In this document: positions 1 to 9,947 of the stretch, piece after piece
Position numbering within the stretch: position 1 is the first letter of the stretch
How the letters are laid out: every line of letters starts with the position of its first letter
DNA from: Methanocaldococcus jannaschii DSM 2661
Lineage (GTDB): Archaea; AGJL01; Methanococci; Methanococcales; Methanocaldococcaceae
Length of the DNA: 32,000 bases
NCBI RefSeq assembly: GCF_000091665.1
Contig: NC_000909.1
Location: forward strand, 1,056,629 to 1,088,628
Direction: 5' to 3'
Position numbers and translations under genes: made by a program
Notes under the pieces: model-generated
What the model saw: the letters and a program-made list of their open reading frames with translations, nothing else
Database searches by the model: none
Told to the model about the DNA's origin: nothing

Positions 1-47
1 AATCAATGGTTTTTTCTTAAACATAGGTATCACACTAGCTTATAATT

Positions 48-1682
48 TTAAAATTCACTAACAATCTTCCTCTTCAACATATCTAAAAACTCATTAATTC
101 TCTTCTTTGAAAATCCATATTTCTTAGCAACCTTATAAATCATCTTCTCCCCACCACTTCCATACTGTGCGGCTTTCTTTGGTCTATAGGCAATATAATC
201 TGGCAAATACTGGGAAGCAACATCCCTCAAAATCTTCTTTCTAACAGACCTTACGCACTTTATATTTAAATTGGTATTTTTGAGCCCATTTATGGGCTCA
301 CTTTTCAATGAAATATTAGACTCTGCGTAAGGTCTGTTACTAAGTTCAGACATCTTATATTCAATAGGAATTGATAAAGCAATTTCAACAACCTCCTCAT
401 CTAAGAAAGGAACTCTCAACTCAACACCATTAGCCATTGTACAGTGGTCATCTCTCTCTAAATTTACCTTATATAAATTATAAACATCCTTCAATAGCTC
501 TTTTTTCAGCTCCTCCTCCCCTCTCTCCCTATAAATTCTCTCATGCCTTGCATAGCCTCCAAATAACTCATCAGCTCCTTGCCCAGATAGAACAACCTTT
601 AATCCATCCTCATTTGCCATCTCTGAAGCTACATAGATAGGGATTCCAACTCCAATCTTCATTAAATCAACTTCATCTATTGCCTTAGCTACCTTAAACA
701 CATACTCCTCATACTCCTCTTCTGAAATAATCTTCTTCCTTAGCTTTAAATTTAAATCTTTAGCCAATCTTTCAGCATAGATTAAATCTTCACTATTTTC
801 AGTTCCAACGGCATACAATATAACTTCACAGTATAGAGATGCTAATTTAGCAATCAATGAGCTATCAACTCCTCCAGAGCATATAATTCCAACTTTGTCC
901 AAACCCCTGACCCTCTTTAAAACAGAGTTTTTCAATGCTCTATCTAAATACTCCTTAGCCTCCTCATAACTCCTCTCTTTCATGTAATTTAACTCCAACT
1001 TTTTAAAGCCTTCAATAATTTCAAACCTATTATCATCTAAATAATAAATCAACTGTGAATTTGGCTTCAATGTTTTGATTTTGCTATTTAGCTCATCTAA
1101 ATCTCTCTCACAGCCATCGATATTTATAAGTAGATGCCACAACGCCTTTCTTTCAGAGGCAAAGGCAAAGTATTTATCCCTATCTACATAAAATAATGGC
1201 TTAACTCCAAACATATCCCTTGCCAACCTCACAACATTCTTAGATTTATCATATATGGCAAAGGCATAGTCTCCATCCAACTCTTCCAACTTCTCCTCTT
1301 CATATAGATGAATTATAACCTCATTATCACTGTCTGTCCTAAATTCATGATTTTGTTTTAGATATTCCCTCAACTCAATATAATTGTAAATCTCTCCATT
1401 ACAAACTAACCATATAGTTTCATCCTCATTTGGAATAGGTTGAACTCCATACCTCCCAACAATTGCCAATCTATTATGAGCCAAGCTTAAGTTTCCAATC
1501 ATCTCCTCCTCTAAATCCTCAACATCCTCAAAATCGTTAAAATATATAACTTCATCATCCAACAACAGCCCAGAGTTATCTCTCCCTCTGTGCTTTAAAA
1601 TCTTCATCATATCTATGGAGTATTTAGCAGATATTTGATTGTCTTTAACAATTATTCCACTTATAGAGCACATGTCTCTCAC
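48..1682 (-). CDS. asnB: Glutamine-dependent asparagine synthetase (class II amidotransferase domain plus synthetase domain)
   Basis: MCSISGII N-terminal Cys of Ntn amidotransferases; SGGVDSSLIAKLAS PP-loop; VLSGQGADELFGGY. True start is probably the fourth codon (MCSISG, about 1673), since Cys2 must be exposed. Confidence 0.93.
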   Translation of the reverse strand: MRDMCSISGIIVKDNQISAKYSIDMMKILKHRGRDNSGLLLDDEVIYFNDFEDVEDLEEEMIGNLSLAHNRLAIVGRYGVQPIPNEDETIWLVCNGEIYNYIELREYLKQNHEFRTDSDNEVIIHLYEEEKLEELDGDYAFAIYDKSKNVVRLARDMFGVKPLFYVDRDKYFAFASERKALWHLLINIDGCERDLDELNSKIKTLKPNSQLIYYLDDNRFEIIEGFKKLELNYMKERSYEEAKEYLDRALKNSVLKRVRGLDKVGIICSGGVDSSLIAKLASLYCEVILYAVGTENSEDLIYAERLAKDLNLKLRKKIISEEEYEEYVFKVAKAIDEVDLMKIGVGIPIYVASEMANEDGLKVVLSGQGADELFGGYARHERIYRERGEEELKKELLKDVYNLYKVNLERDDHCTMANGVELRVPFLDEEVVEIALSIPIEYKMSELSNRPYAESNISLKSEPINGLKNTNLNIKCVRSVRKKILRDVASQYLPDYIAYRPKKAAQYGSGGEKMIYKVAKKYGFSKKRINEFLDMLKRKIVSEF

Positions 1683-1818
1683 ATTTTTAAATATACCTTA
1701 TTTTTTAATATTAGCTAACACAACTTAACATTTTATGCTAAATATTTGCAAAATTTTAATTTAAATATCTTAATAAAGATTAAATCAATTTATTATAAAT
1801 AACCTTAGAGGTTTTAAA

Positions 1819-2409
1819 ATGGATGCTCTAATTATGGCTGGTGGTAAAGGAACAAGAATGGGTGGAGTTGAAAAGCCGTTGATTAAGCTTTGTGGTAGAT
1901 GTCTTATAGATTATGTTGTCTCTCCCTTATTAAAATCAAAGGTAAATAATATATTTATCGCTACCTCTCCAAATACACCAAAGACAAAGGAATATATAAA
2001 TTCAGCATATAAAGATTACAAAAATATTGTAGTTATAGACACATCTGGTAAAGGTTATATAGAAGATTTAAATGAATGTATTGGATATTTCTCAGAACCA
2101 TTCTTAGTTGTTAGCTCTGACTTAATTAACTTAAAATCGAAAATTATTAATAGTATAGTTGATTATTTTTATTGTATTAAAGCTAAGACTCCAGATGTTG
2201 AAGCATTAGCTGTTATGATTCCAAAAGAAAAATATCCAAACCCCTCAATTGATTTCAACGGCTTAGTTCCTGCAGGGATAAATGTTGTATCCCCAAAGCA
2301 TGGATATCAAAAAGAAGAAATTATGGTTATTGATGAGCTGATATTCAATATAAATACTAAAGATGATTTAAAACTTGCTGAAATGCTTTTGAAAAAAGAT
2401 GGGTTATAA
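1819..2409 (+). CDS. cobY: GTP:adenosylcobinamide-phosphate guanylyltransferase, archaeal CobY type
   Basis: MDALIMAGGKGTRMGGVEKPL nucleotidyltransferase signature; overall sequence recognised as methanogen CobY. Confidence 0.88.
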   Translation: MDALIMAGGKGTRMGGVEKPLIKLCGRCLIDYVVSPLLKSKVNNIFIATSPNTPKTKEYINSAYKDYKNIVVIDTSGKGYIEDLNECIGYFSEPFLVVSSDLINLKSKIINSIVDYFYCIKAKTPDVEALAVMIPKEKYPNPSIDFNGLVPAGINVVSPKHGYQKEEIMVIDELIFNINTKDDLKLAEMLLKKDGL

Positions 2410-2433
2410 ATATAAAAATCTAATGGGGATAAA

Positions 2434-2703
2434 ATGGAAAAAATGCCAGCTAAGTTATTGTTTGAGAGAAGTATAATAGGAAATAAGGGTAGCGTAATAG
2501 GAAAAGTTAAAGATATCGTGTTTGATGAAAAAGTTGGTAGATTGGTTTCTTTAGAAGTAGAACCAGCTGAACACAGCCCAATAATGAGAGAAGAAGGAAG
2601 AAACGTCTTAATTCCTTATAAACTTGTAGTAGCTATTAAAGATGTTGTTGTAATCGATGAAACAAATTTGAATAGAGTAAATATAAGGGTAGCTGAACAC
2701 TAA
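2434..2703 (+). CDS. PRC-barrel domain protein
   Basis: Small protein with GSVIGKVKDIVFDEKVGRLVSLEVEP, typical PRC-barrel pattern. Confidence 0.8.
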   Translation: MEKMPAKLLFERSIIGNKGSVIGKVKDIVFDEKVGRLVSLEVEPAEHSPIMREEGRNVLIPYKLVVAIKDVVVIDETNLNRVNIRVAEH

Positions 2704-2709
2704 AAAACC

Positions 2710-2802
2710 AATAGTTCTTTGCAAATGTGATTAAAAACTAACTAAGGAAAGTATGCCTTTCTTTATTACAAAATGTTTTACAAAGAGCTACAAATAACTA
2801 TT
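2710..2802. repeat. Palindromic intergenic element, copy C
   Basis: Outer aatagtt (2710-2716)/aactatt (2796-2802); inner agttctttg (2713-2721)/caaagagct (2781-2789); central ggaaag/ctttct hairpin. Aligns to the reverse complement of copy D. Confidence 0.6.
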
Positions 2803-2816
2803 TTTGGTGTGAAAAT

Positions 2817-3704
2817 ATGGAATTTACAAAGATGCATGCCCTTGGGAATGATTACATAGTTATTAATGAATTTGACGGGGAAAAAGTTAAAGAAGAAGAA
2901 AAAGCAGAGTTCTCAAGAAAAATTTGTAGAAGAGGTTTTTCAGTAGGTGCTGATGGAGTTATTTTCATCCAAAAGCCAACATCTGATGAATACGATGTAA
3001 GATTTAGAATATTTAACAGTGACGGCTCTGAGGCAGAGATGTGTGGTAATGGAATTAGATGTTTTTCAAAATACGTTTATGAGAGAATAATGAAAAAAAA
3101 TCCTTTAAAAGTAGAGACAAAAGGGGGCTTAAGAGTATCTGAAATGGAGATAGAAGGAGATGAAGTAAAGAAGATTAAAGTTTATATGGGAGTTCCAAAG
3201 TTTAAATTAAAAGATATACCAATGGTTGTTGATGGTTATAAAGAGGATGATGAATTTTTGAATGGAGAGTTAAAATTAAAGAATCCATATTTACCTAAGG
3301 TCAAGTTGAGTGTCGTTAATGTTGGAAATCCACATGCGGTTATATTTGTTGAAGATAACAACATAGATTTAGATTTTGTTAGAGAACACTTGGATGTTAT
3401 TGGGAAAGAGATAGAACACCATGAAGCATTCCCAGAGAGAATTAATGTGCATTTTGTAAAAGTTTTGAATCCTAATGAAATTAGGATTGTTACCTGGGAG
3501 AGGGGAGCTGGATACACAACTGCATGCGGAACAGGAACAACAGCTTCTGTAATTATGGCTCACAAACTTGGTAAAACAAATAATAGGGTTTTAGCTCACT
3601 TAGATGGTGGAGATTTGGAGATTGAGATTAAAGATGATGGAGTTTATATGATTGGAGATGCAGTAATGGTTTATGACGCCAAATTGATAAATATTGGCTG
3701 GTAA
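2817..3704 (+). CDS. dapF: Diaminopimelate epimerase
   Basis: MEFTKMHALGNDYIVI; AEMCGNGIRCF; ERGAGYTTACGTGTTA: both catalytic Cys motifs. Confidence 0.96.
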   Translation: MEFTKMHALGNDYIVINEFDGEKVKEEEKAEFSRKICRRGFSVGADGVIFIQKPTSDEYDVRFRIFNSDGSEAEMCGNGIRCFSKYVYERIMKKNPLKVETKGGLRVSEMEIEGDEVKKIKVYMGVPKFKLKDIPMVVDGYKEDDEFLNGELKLKNPYLPKVKLSVVNVGNPHAVIFVEDNNIDLDFVREHLDVIGKEIEHHEAFPERINVHFVKVLNPNEIRIVTWERGAGYTTACGTGTTASVIMAHKLGKTNNRVLAHLDGGDLEIEIKDDGVYMIGDAVMVYDAKLINIGW

Positions 3705-3707
3705 ATT

Positions 3708-4547
3708 ATGAAAGTAGATTTAACCATTGAATATAGAGGAAAATTAATTACTCCAAATCAAATAAAACTTTTAATTGCCTTACATAAAACAAAATCCCAA
3801 AATGAGGCAGCTAAGTTATTAAATATAAAGCCTTCCTCTTTTAATATTCAATTAAAAAGATTGGAGAATAAGTTAGGGGTTAAGCTTTATTACTCCTCAC
3901 CAAATGGGACGGTTTTAACTGATGCTGGCTTAGAGATTTTAGAAACTTACAACTCATATAGCAAAAGATTAAAAAATCACTTTTTTACAGTTTCTGGATT
4001 TGTGAGTGGGGAGATTGCCAAAATATTATTTGGAAATCCAATAATAACCTCTTTTGATAACGCTTTAAAATTGCTAAAGATGGGGTTTGTTGATGTCTTA
4101 GGGGTTGATGACAGCTATTGGATTTATAGGTTGGGAGATGAGAGATTTTTAAAGTCAGAGATTGGGAGTTGTGATTTTAACATATTTTTAATTGCCTACG
4201 ACAACTTTGTAATGGTTAGTAAAAAAGAGTTTAATTATAAAAACTTAGTTGGCATAAGATTTAGCTCACAGAGGATAGTTTATAACATTTTAAAGAAAGA
4301 AGGTATAAAATTTAAAGTTAAAGTAAGGGTAAAAAATCCGTTTAGAGCTATAGAGTTAGTTAATGAGGGCTATAGCTTATTTTTAAATGAGAGTTTATTG
4401 AGATATATAGATGGAGATTTTAATGTAATTTATCCTAACTTTTATGAAAAGACAGTTCATGCAATAAATTTTATTAGCTTTGGTAAAGATATTGAAATTG
4501 ATAAAAAAGAAATTAAAAAAATAAAAAAATTGGGTTTTAAAATTTGA
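3708..4547 (+). CDS. LysR/ModE-like winged-helix transcriptional regulator with periplasmic-binding-like C-terminal domain
   Basis: N-terminal HTH (LLIALHKTKSQNEAAKLLNIKPSSFNIQLKRLENKLGVKLYY) followed by LysR-substrate-like domain. Confidence 0.75.
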   Translation: MKVDLTIEYRGKLITPNQIKLLIALHKTKSQNEAAKLLNIKPSSFNIQLKRLENKLGVKLYYSSPNGTVLTDAGLEILETYNSYSKRLKNHFFTVSGFVSGEIAKILFGNPIITSFDNALKLLKMGFVDVLGVDDSYWIYRLGDERFLKSEIGSCDFNIFLIAYDNFVMVSKKEFNYKNLVGIRFSSQRIVYNILKKEGIKFKVKVRVKNPFRAIELVNEGYSLFLNESLLRYIDGDFNVIYPNFYEKTVHAINFISFGKDIEIDKKEIKKIKKLGFKI

Positions 4548-4557
4548 ATTAAATTAT

Positions 4558-4901
4558 TTATAAAATCTTCACTCTTAAGCCGAACTTTTCAAACATTTTA
4601 AAATCATTATCGTAGGTTAATAAAATATTGACGCAATTAATAAATCTTTTACTGATGGAATTTTGCCTTCTTTTTTTAGTTTTTTAAATATATTGCCAGC
4701 AATCTTTGATGATTTATCATCAAAATTTAGTTTTGGTAAGCTGTCAATCATTATCATTTCATTTTCTTTTAGATTACCACAATATAACTCAAAAACTGTT
4801 ATGGATGTTATTTTACAGTTGTAATCACAAATTTGATATAGAGTATCTTTATTTCCTCTAAATATCTCTATTATTACACTTGTATCAATGACTGCATCCA
4901 T
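4558..4901 (-). pseudogene. VapC-like PIN-domain toxin, C-terminus lost by indel/frameshift (intact frame 4617-4901)
   Basis: [16 protein letters not shown]...VKDLLIASIFY* then, in another frame (4558-4620), LTYDNDFKMFEKFGLRVKIL*, which looks like the missing PIN-domain end. Confidence 0.7.
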
Positions 4902-5107
4902 TTTTCTGCCTCTTTAAGTTCTTTTTTTAATTTTTCTACATCCTCCTCACTTCTTGAACCAAAGGCAATCATAAAAACATCCAAGTTTTTTCTCTTTCTC
5001 TCTTCCAACAATTCTTTTATAAACTCTGAAACTGACTTTCTACCTTTAAGTTTTAATAATTCTTTATAAACATCATCATCTATAGTTATAGTTGCCATAT
5101 TTATCAC
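4874..5107 (-). CDS. VapB-like antitoxin (AbrB/RHH-type, DUF217-like)
   Basis: [37 protein letters not shown]; overlaps the 5' end of the PIN gene by 28 nt, a toxin-antitoxin arrangement. Likely start at MATITI. Confidence 0.75.
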   Translation of the reverse strand: MINMATITIDDDVYKELLKLKGRKSVSEFIKELLEERKRKNLDVFMIAFGSRSEEDVEKLKKELKEAEKWMQSLIQV

Positions 5108-5177
5108 CTCAATGATAATATTTTATAATTTTGTAATATTATAAAAATGTTAGAATTTGTAATAAGGGGGAATAACC

Positions 5178-5795
5178 ATGAATGTTTTTGATAAATACGC
5201 TGAGGAATACGATAAATGGTTTGATGAAAATGAAATTATTTATAAATCAGAGATTGAAGCATTAAAAAGACATATTCCAAAAGGAAGAGGTTTAGAGATA
5301 GGAGTAGGAACCGGAAGATTTGCTAAACCTTTTAATATAAAAATTGGTGTTGATATATCGAAAGAAATGGCTAAAATAGCTGAAAAGAGAGGAATAAAAG
5401 TTATAATAGCAAAAGGTGAAGATTTGCCTTTCAAAGATGAAGAGTTTGATTTTTTTTTAATAAATACTGTCTTAGAGTTTGCAGAAAATCCAAAAAAGAT
5501 GATAGAAGAGGCAAAAAGGGTTTTAAAAAGAGGAGGAAAGATAATTATTGGAATTATTGATAGGGATAGCTTTTTAGGAAAGATGTATGAAGAAAAAAAG
5601 CAAAAAAGTAAATTCTACAAAGATGCAAATTTTTTATCAGCTAAGGAAGTTATAGAAATGCTAAAAGAATTAGGATTTAAAAATATAAAAGCCACACAAA
5701 CGATTTTTAAAGAAATTGATAAAGTTGATAAGGTTGAAGTTAAAGAAGGTTATGGAGAAGGTGGATTTGTAGCTATTTCTGCTGAAAAGATTTAA
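5178..5795 (+). CDS. Class I SAM-dependent methyltransferase
   Basis: GRGLEIGVGTGRFAKPF motif I; DEEFDFFLINTVLEF; EAKRVLKRGGKIIIGIID. Confidence 0.85.
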   Translation: MNVFDKYAEEYDKWFDENEIIYKSEIEALKRHIPKGRGLEIGVGTGRFAKPFNIKIGVDISKEMAKIAEKRGIKVIIAKGEDLPFKDEEFDFFLINTVLEFAENPKKMIEEAKRVLKRGGKIIIGIIDRDSFLGKMYEEKKQKSKFYKDANFLSAKEVIEMLKELGFKNIKATQTIFKEIDKVDKVEVKEGYGEGGFVAISAEKI

Positions 5796-5809
5796 CTGGA
5801 GGTATAAGA

Positions 5810-8800
5810 ATGGATAAAATCTTAGAGATTTTAAAGGATTTTGGCATTGTAGAGCTAAGGCCACCACAGAAAAAGGCATTGGAAAGAGGATTATTGGATA
5901 AGAATAAAAATTTTTTAATATCTATTCCAACAGCATCTGGAAAAACACTAATTGGAGAGATGGCTTTAATAAATCACTTATTGGATGGGAATAAAAATCC
6001 TACAAACAAAAAGGGTATCTTCATAGTGCCTTTAAAGGCATTGGCATCAGAGAAGTATGAGGAGTTTAAAAGCAAATATGAGCGGTATGGGTTGAGAATA
6101 GCCTTATCAATAGGGGATTATGATGAAGATGAGGATTTAAGCAAATATCATTTAATTATAACGACAGCTGAGAAACTTGACTCTCTATGGAGACATAAAA
6201 TTGACTGGATTAATGATGTTTCTGTTGTTGTGGTTGATGAAATTCATCTAATTAATGATGAAACAAGAGGAGGGACGTTAGAGATTTTATTGACTAAATT
6301 AAAAGAGTTCAATGTACAAATTATTGGTTTATCTGCAACTATTGGAAATCCAGATGAGTTGGCTGAGTGGCTTAATGCTGAGCTTATAGTTGATGATTGG
6401 AGACCTGTTGAGTTGAAAAAAGGCATTTACAAAAATGAAGCCATAGAGTTTATAAATGGAGAAATTAGAGAGATAAAGGCAGTTGATAATAACGATATTT
6501 ACAACTTAGTTGTTGATTGTGTAAAGGAAGGAGGATGCTGTTTAGTATTCTGCAACACCAAAAGAAATGCCGTTAATGAGGCAAAGAAATTAAATTTAAA
6601 GAAATTTTTAACTGAAGAGGAAAAAATAAGATTAAAAGAAATAGCTGAAGAGATTTTATCTATCTTAGAGCCACCAACTGAGATGTGTAAAACCTTAGCT
6701 GAATGCATCTTAAACGGCTCTGCCTTTCATCATGCTGGTTTAACTTATCAGCATAGAAAGATTGTTGAAGATGCGTTTAGAAAGAGGTTAATTAAGGTTA
6801 TCTGTTGCACTCCTACACTCTGCCTAAATGCAAACACTGAAATACTGCAAGAGAGCGGATTTAGGAAAATTACTGAATTAAATAAAGACGAAAAAGTCTT
6901 TGCATTATGTGGAAAGGAGATAAAACCAGTAGATGGTTGGAAAGTCCATAAAACTCCACAGCATGAATACAACATCGTTGTAAAAACAGTAAATGGTTTA
7001 GAAATCACTACAACTCCAAATCATATATTTTTAGTTAAAGAAAATGGTTCTTTAAAAGAAAAAGAGGCAAAGGATTTAAAAGTTGGAGATTATGTAGCGA
7101 CAGTTGATAGAATAAGAGTTAAGGAGAAAGATATTGATTTATCTAATGGAGACCTTTATTTCATTGGATATTTCATAGGAGATGGTTATACCGGAGTTAT
7201 AGAAAAAAATACTCTTAAAGCCACTCCAGACCTTGCATTTAATCCAAAATATCCCCCAAATTTTGATGATTCTGAACTTCACAAAAAATACTTTTTGAAA
7301 TGTAGAATATCAAAAGGTGTTGCTCATTATATATACTCGAAAAAACTAAGAAAAATCTTTAATAAATTAAATATGCTCACAAAAGATAACAAAAACATTG
7401 ATGCATTTTGTAATCTTCCATTGGATAAGTTAGCATATCTTATTGCAGGATTGTTTGATAGTGATGGATATATATACTTAAATAGAAAAAACATTGAATT
7501 CTATTCAATATCTGAAAAATTGGTTGAACAATTACAGTTTGTATTGTTAAGATTTGGGATTCATAGCAGTATTAGAAAAAAGAAAACTAAAACTATGGTA
7601 TCTCCAACAAATGGCAAAGAATACAAATGTAAAGACATTTATGTATTAACAATTAGAGATTTTATGAGTATAAAAAGATTTTATGAGAACATCCCACTAA
7701 GACATGAAGAGAAGAGAAGAAAATTAGAAGAAATCATAAAAAATAAAGAAATTGGACAAATTCCTTCGGAATTTGTAGCTCTCCGCTTCACTCCGATTGC
7801 CAAAATATGGTGTGATTGTGGATTTAGTGTTGATTTGACCATGTTTAAACCAAGAACTAAAAGGCAGAGAGAGTTAAATAAAAAACGTGTAAAATTACTT
7901 TTTGAACTATTGGATGGAAAAAAATTAATTACAAACTATAAAGAATATTATTCAAAGAGAAAAAATCCTTATTTTGACTTTATTGTAAGAGAAAAAATTA
8001 ATGGAAACAATTATTACTCTTTAAATGAAAAAGGCAGAGTTTTAATGAGTCTCCTAAATAAACACATAAAAGATAAAGAAAACTTAGAAGAGATGTATAA
8101 CTTTTTAGTAAATCTCGAAAAATGTCCAATTTGTGGTAAGCCAATTCATAAAGAGATGAGATATAGCTGGAAAAAAGAATGCTATGATGGAGACATTTAT
8201 TGGGATAGAATTAAAGAAATTAAAAAGATAAAAGTAAATGACAAGTATGCCTATGACATAGAACTGCCAGACGATGGAAGCAACAGCCATTATATTGTGG
8301 CAAATGGATTTATAGTGCATAACTCTGCTGGGCTGAACTTACCGTGTAGAAGGGCAATAGTTAAAGACTTAACAAGATTTACAAATAAAGGGATGAGATA
8401 CATCCCAATAATGGAAATCCAACAATGTATAGGAAGAGCTGGAAGACCAGGATTAGACCCATATGGAGAAGGGATAATCGTAGCAAAGAATGATAGAGAT
8501 TATTTAAGGGCTTATCAGGCATTGACGCAAAAACCAGAGCCAATATATTCAAAGCTCTCAAATCAAGCAGTTTTAAGAACTCAACTTTTAGGACTTATTG
8601 CTACTGGAGAGATTAGAGATGAGTATGATTTAGAATGGTTTATAAGAAATACCTTCTATGCTCATCAATATGGAAATTTGAGGGAAGTTGCTAAAAATAT
8701 TAATGAAGTCATTAGATTTTTGGAAGAGAATGAGTTTATTATTGATTTTATGCCAACAGAATTAGGAAAGAGAGTTTCTGAACTCTACATAGACCCATTG

Positions 8801-9397
8801 TCAGCTAAATTCATCATAGATGGATTGGAAGAGATGGAGAATGAAGAAGAGATTTATTATCTCTACCTAATTTCAAAAACCTTGGAGATGATGCCAAATT
8901 TAAGAGTTTATAACTCTGAAGAGTTAAATTTAATTGATGAAATGGACTCTCTTGGAATAAAAAGCTTTGAGATTGAGGATTTAGAGGCATTTAAAACAGC
9001 TAAGATGCTGTATGATTGGATTAATGAAGTTCCAGAAGATGAAATTTTAAAGAGATATAAGATTGAACCAGGGATTTTGAGATATAAGGTTGAAAATGCT
9101 GTTTGGATAATGCATGCATTAAAAGAGATTGCTAAATTAATTGGTAAAAGCTCAGACATTCCAGAGAAGTTGGAGATAAGGTTAGAATATGGAGCTAAGG
9201 AAGATATTATTGAGTTGTTGAGCATAAAGTATATTGGAAGGGTTAGAGCAAGAAAGCTGTATAATGCTGGAATTAGAAGTATTGAGGATATTATAAACAA
9301 CCCTTCAAAAGTGGCTTCAATTATTGGAGAAAAAATAGCTAAAAAGATTTTGGATGAGTTGGGAGTTAAATTTGGACAGCAAAAACTAAGTTTTTAA
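5810..9397 (+). CDS. hel308: Hel308/Ski2-type DNA helicase interrupted by an intein
   Basis: IPTASGKTLIGEMAL (Walker A), VVVDEIHLI (DEIH box), SATIGNPDELAEWL, QCIGRAGRPGLDPYGEG (motif VI), C-terminal RARKLYNAGIRSIEDI HhH. 1195 aa in total, about 694 aa after removing the 501 aa intein. Confidence 0.95.
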   Translation: MDKILEILKDFGIVELRPPQKKALERGLLDKNKNFLISIPTASGKTLIGEMALINHLLDGNKNPTNKKGIFIVPLKALASEKYEEFKSKYERYGLRIALSIGDYDEDEDLSKYHLIITTAEKLDSLWRHKIDWINDVSVVVVDEIHLINDETRGGTLEILLTKLKEFNVQIIGLSATIGNPDELAEWLNAELIVDDWRPVELKKGIYKNEAIEFINGEIREIKAVDNNDIYNLVVDCVKEGGCCLVFCNTKRNAVNEAKKLNLKKFLTEEEKIRLKEIAEEILSILEPPTEMCKTLAECILNGSAFHHAGLTYQHRKIVEDAFRKRLIKVICCTPTLCLNANTEILQESGFRKITELNKDEKVFALCGKEIKPVDGWKVHKTPQHEYNIVVKTVNGLEITTTPNHIFLVKENGSLKEKEAKDLKVGDYVATVDRIRVKEKDIDLSNGDLYFIGYFIGDGYTGVIEKNTLKATPDLAFNPKYPPNFDDSELHKKYFLKCRISKGVAHYIYSKKLRKIFNKLNMLTKDNKNIDAFCNLPLDKLAYLIAGLFDSDGYIYLNRKNIEFYSISEKLVEQLQFVLLRFGIHSSIRKKKTKTMVSPTNGKEYKCKDIYVLTIRDFMSIKRFYENIPLRHEEKRRKLEEIIKNKEIGQIPSEFVALRFTPIAKIWCDCGFSVDLTMFKPRTKRQRELNKKRVKLLFELLDGKKLITNYKEYYSKRKNPYFDFIVREKINGNNYYSLNEKGRVLMSLLNKHIKDKENLEEMYNFLVNLEKCPICGKPIHKEMRYSWKKECYDGDIYWDRIKEIKKIKVNDKYAYDIELPDDGSNSHYIVANGFIVHNSAGLNLPCRRAIVKDLTRFTNKGMRYIPIMEIQQCIGRAGRPGLDPYGEGIIVAKNDRDYLRAYQALTQKPEPIYSKLSNQAVLRTQLLGLIATGEIRDEYDLEWFIRNTFYAHQYGNLREVAKNINEVIRFLEENEFIIDFMPTELGKRVSELYIDPLSAKFIIDGLEEMENEEEIYYLYLISKTLEMMPNLRVYNSEELNLIDEMDSLGIKSFEIEDLEAFKTAKMLYDWINEVPEDEILKRYKIEPGILRYKVENAVWIMHALKEIAKLIGKSSDIPEKLEIRLEYGAKEDIIELLSIKYIGRVRARKLYNAGIRSIEDIINNPSKVASIIGEKIAKKILDELGVKFGQQKLSF
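6821..8323 (+). other. Intein (501 aa) with LAGLIDADG homing endonuclease domain
   Basis: Starts CLNANTEILQESGF after extein ...CCTPTL; ends YIVANGFIVHN before +1 Ser of extein SAGLNLPCRR. Endonuclease motifs YFIGYFIGDGYTG and LAYLIAGLFDSDGYI. Confidence 0.93.
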
Positions 9398-9436
9398 ATT
9401 TTTGAATTTAACTTTTAAGTTGGATTCACCATTTAT

Positions 9437-9947
9437 TGTCGCTAAGGAAGCTCCGAGCTTTATCTCGGAGAGAAGGTCAGAAATAAGGTATTTAGCGGTT
9501 TATCTAATAAAATAACCTCGGTTCTACAACTAAAGCTCTTGCTAAAGCTACTAGCCCATATTTTATTTTTCCAACATTTTCTGGATTTAAATCACTAACT
9601 ATGACATTTTCAGAACTAAAGGTATTAACAATCTCTTTAACGCTGGCTGAAATCCAATAATTCCAATCTTTTCTGGTTTTAATTCTTTAAATATTCAACT
9701 AACTTTTTTGCACATCTCATAACAGCATTTAAAGTGGCAATTATCTCAGCTCTATTTCCTTTATCTAACAGCTCTCTAATTGTTCCTTTAAATTCAACTG
9801 GCTTATCTGTGAAGGCATCCCACAACAACCCTTAAAATTAGTCCTCAACAAAATCTCTTTTCCACTCATTAAAGGATAGTCTTTAATTCTGGTTGTATCT
9901 AACTCTCTTAATATTTCTTTAACATCTATTGTATTTTTCACCATCAT
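9437..9947 (-). pseudogene. Decayed DUF364/DUF4213-like (putative heavy-metal chelation, Rossmann-like) gene
   Basis: Three frames joined: MVKNTIDVKEILRELDTTRIKDYPLMSGKEILLRTNFKG / LWDAFTDKPVEFKGTIRELLDKGNRAEIIATLNAVMRCAKKLVEYLKELKPEKIGIIGFQPA / VKEIVNTFSSENVIVSDLNPENVGKIKYGLVALARALVVEPRLFY*. Family name is from pattern memory. Confidence 0.6.

Noticed and set aside
437-640. Plus-strand 67-aa ORF antisense to asnB
   Set aside because: Low-complexity translation fully inside a strongly supported CDS on the other strand.
3236-3563. Minus-strand ORFs (93 aa and 64 aa) antisense to dapF
   Set aside because: Overlap a well-conserved epimerase, no independent homology or initiation signals.
6244-9300. 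Several minus-strand ORFs (60-130 aa) opposite hel308
   Set aside because: Shadow ORFs of a highly conserved helicase/intein; hydrophobic or Ser/Leu-rich antisense translations.
9765-9947. 60-aa minus-strand ORF as a standalone gene
   Set aside because: Better explained as the 5' fragment of a frameshifted DUF364-like pseudogene, since similar coding continues in other frames.
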